DNA of 41,253 bases from Chloroflexota bacterium. GTDB lineage: Bacteria; Chloroflexota; Limnocylindria; Limnocylindrales; Limnocylindraceae. Each line of letters begins with the position of its first letter. The stretch's first letter is position 1. The notes under the pieces were generated by a model. The model was not told the DNA's origin, searched no databases, and worked only from the letters and a program-made list of their open reading frames with translations. A program made the translations under genes and the position numbers. Positions 40,301 to 41,253 of the stretch are shown in pieces. The stretch spans positions 1-41,253 of the forward strand of contig JBEGQU010000023.1 of NCBI GenBank assembly GCA_041180765.1, in the 5' to 3' direction.

Positions 40301-41253
40301 CCGGTCGCCGCGGTCTCCCAGTGGTCGGCGTCGTCGTAGGTGCCGACGCTGGAGATGGCGCGATTGTTCGTCACCCAGGTCGCGATGCGGACGGTCGCCG
40401 TGGAGTTCGGACCCGACGCGGTCCGGTCCCAGATGACAATCGAGCGAGGGCCCTCGTAGTCCGTCGAAGTCGCGGCGGCGTTGTCGTCGGTGCCGTCGTG
40501 GTTGACATCTTCTGCGATCACCCCCGACGGCCCGCCGAAGACCATCAGGTCCTGTGCGACCTGGCCGCCGATCGCGGTCAGGTCACGGCTCATCGCACAG
40601 CCATTCGCGCAGCCGTCGACGTCGACATCCTGGAAGGGGCTGCGCACCTCGTAGAGCTCGGCGGTCGCGCCGTTGCTGCCGTTGTAGAGCGTGAAGTTGT
40701 CGGCCACGGCAAGGGCGGACTTGAGGTCTGAAGGGGTGAAGAGATGGCCGGCGGTCGGCTGCGGCAGCTTCGCGATGACGACCCCGCCGGTGGCCCCCTG
40801 CTGGGTGGCGACGTAGACGCTCGCGCGGCCCGGCTTCGCGTCGAAGAGCCAGCCGGTCCACGTGCCGCGCGTGGTGGCACCATCGCCTCCCGCGATCCGC
40901 GACTTGATCGCCGTCGTCAACTCGAAGAACTGCCCCGGCTTGATCTCTGTGGCGGGGCAGTCGGCGGCGAAACCGTCGCAGGGGCTGTCGGTCGCCGTGA
41001 TGTTGTCGTCGACGATGGAGTACTCGTCGCCCGTCGGCATCACCGTGGCGTAGACGCTCAGGGCCGACAGCGGGCCCGACGAGCCGCCGATCAGCCCACC
41101 GACGAGGAAGAGGTAACTCGAGTGGATGTTCGCCGTCTCGTCGTAGGCGTGTGCCCAGTACGGCTTCGGCGAACCGGAGATCGTGGTTCCGGTGCCGTTT
41201 CCCGCGGTGTACGACTTGAGGTCGAAGCTGTTCCACGAGGTGCCGAAGTCGCG
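37378..41253 (-). CDS. Very large secreted/cell-surface protein of unknown function, 5'-truncated by the window edge, with two C-terminal Cys-pair Ig-like modules
   Basis: The frame stays open upstream of the track start (41043) to the window end; my translation is RDFGTSWNSFDLKSYTAGNGTGTTISGSPKPYWAHAYDETANIHSSYLFLVGGLIGGSSGPLSALSVYATVMPTGDEY... That gives at least 1291 codons in the window. The protein is Gly/Ala/Thr/Asp-rich with many paired Cys. Confidence 0.7.
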   Translation of the reverse strand, partial: RDFGTSWNSFDLKSYTAGNGTGTTISGSPKPYWAHAYDETANIHSSYLFLVGGLIGGSSGPLSALSVYATVMPTGDEYSIVDDNITATDSPCDGFAADCPATEIKPGQFFELTTAIKSRIAGGDGATTRGTWTGWLFDAKPGRASVYVATQQGATGGVVIAKLPQPTAGHLFTPSDLKSALAVADNFTLYNGSNGATAELYEVRSPFQDVDVDGCANGCAMSRDLTAIGGQVAQDLMVFGGPSGVIAEDVNHDGTDDNAAATSTDYEGPRSIVIWDRTASGPNSTATVRIATWVTNNRAISSVGTYDDADHWETAATGLDADAGTGDTDHAVRNDLYSRGGNSAVESGCLEGRDTIGSLQPGRIGQVGGGGDAECAPNPNRRTAATCGENTTGPVGSVAPMLGVQDSGGFGQTIGEYFGTVAMIRSCLVVHGINVKGTSDIGNDTGERHGTGAGYGVVAVMDTPGANNNTGSAFDSGFNFETGSSGSSVVLSGDGARGLVKAATWTAANPGDRNVKFTGAATANYVPLFPQASHSAWNFIANRADAGTAASSGGFAVNGLAAPVVRDTAFNPADPDGVVATFSFTGGGRSVISYDGGQHYFTFAGGGSNAISWWKGPNEGTGAGEQGTNWILTGSLTGGGFSVAHFTDEEWLAAKDAARTTDFDQPVEELGGSTLVAGAIREERANPGDPGAKTAGCADAINVGIRGDMMFDGAYFGLSGQADTVSITGIQGTDVALVVLGSGPSSPASASDAYTVLLVKLKADGNAGIAGEQPCIDDIYYLSGSTFVQHPGTALGGTSGTGPGRVGAVAYCPTDGAGGTGGNSLGVGIADAVEDLALIAIADESSTGGYDDGKIIRIAGIFGNSITVSSPTTSTSGYRGGDYRDLKMDCDTGLVFAVKKGAGSGTTASTAAAIYSLDGAQNFAPMGFGSSLALKNAISSIETIAVEADPGTGAVDVVVVASGGNVVSAELDLRSLMPASTTLADLDDEAAESASALKPVAVDPSATGEVGIVNDPAAADGFYFGGEKPGDIDYPASADEAPAMVVDGVDESAFGAAGVGVAAVGDAAPATPIFGAGGGALDVTARMAVFSFGSSTINYTRGHAATTITGWQLLPASAEDSGAVQSYAVASASSAYCEIKSSGGRAYLHIKKPGTCKVAVTAAAAAPYLAGTNVATYVLAKGSLGAPAPGDVAGVPPAAPAIGTSTLTLFTYFDDASADGYQAATGSPKITWSEATGGTAAAAACVVASGKLTLKPVAGDAAKTCKVKATVAASANWPAYTSTYTVTFASP

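Noticed and set aside
41038-41043. GTG/ATG pair given by the track as the start of the giant protein
   Set aside because: The reading frame stays open upstream to the window edge with plausible protein sequence. No ribosome-binding site precedes 41043, and there is no signal peptide after it. It is an internal Val-Met.

Overview
Very GC-rich, gene-dense chromosomal segment with an Actinomycetota-like gene repertoire (opcA, an actinobacterial-type Zwf N-terminus, GTG/TTG starts, leaderless-looking genes). All family calls come from motif recognition by eye; no searches were run.

Almost all of the window is core metabolism and transport:
- **Minus-strand block, 1-8408:** partial membrane protein, rho, tal, pyrG, an EamA transporter, and an ABC-2 exporter (ATPase plus two permeases).
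- **Plus-strand pentose-phosphate operon, 8516-17299:** seven genes, tkt-rpiB-pgi-gnd-zwf-opcA-pgl.
- **Minus-strand block, 17286-24861:** pstS-pstC-pstA-pstB, an orphan lipoprotein binding protein, then a three-gene TasA-like / SipW-type signal peptidase / LamG-like module.
- **Remainder:** tdk, a lysA-like decarboxylase, three clustered EamA/DMT transporters, a YcaQ-family gene, livJ-livH-livM-livG-livF, and a manA-like gene.
- **Right edge:** a very large Cys-rich secreted protein whose ORF runs off the window.

I recognised no rRNA, tRNA, CRISPR array, IS element or prophage.

The long ORFs in the supplied track that lie antisense to, or out of frame with, these genes (for example 116..4672 +) are high-GC artefacts. 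Many track ORFs also start too far upstream. I re-set starts using Shine-Dalgarno sequences and 4-nt stop/start overlaps.

The best candidate for something undescribed is the TasA-like fibre/secretion module at 17286-19518. Its dedicated ER-type signal peptidase carries a C-terminal domain that looks paralogous to the adjacent TasA-like subunit, including that subunit's cleavage-site motif. The edge-truncated giant surface protein is a second candidate. The rest is ordinary housekeeping DNA with some regulatory details worth noting.
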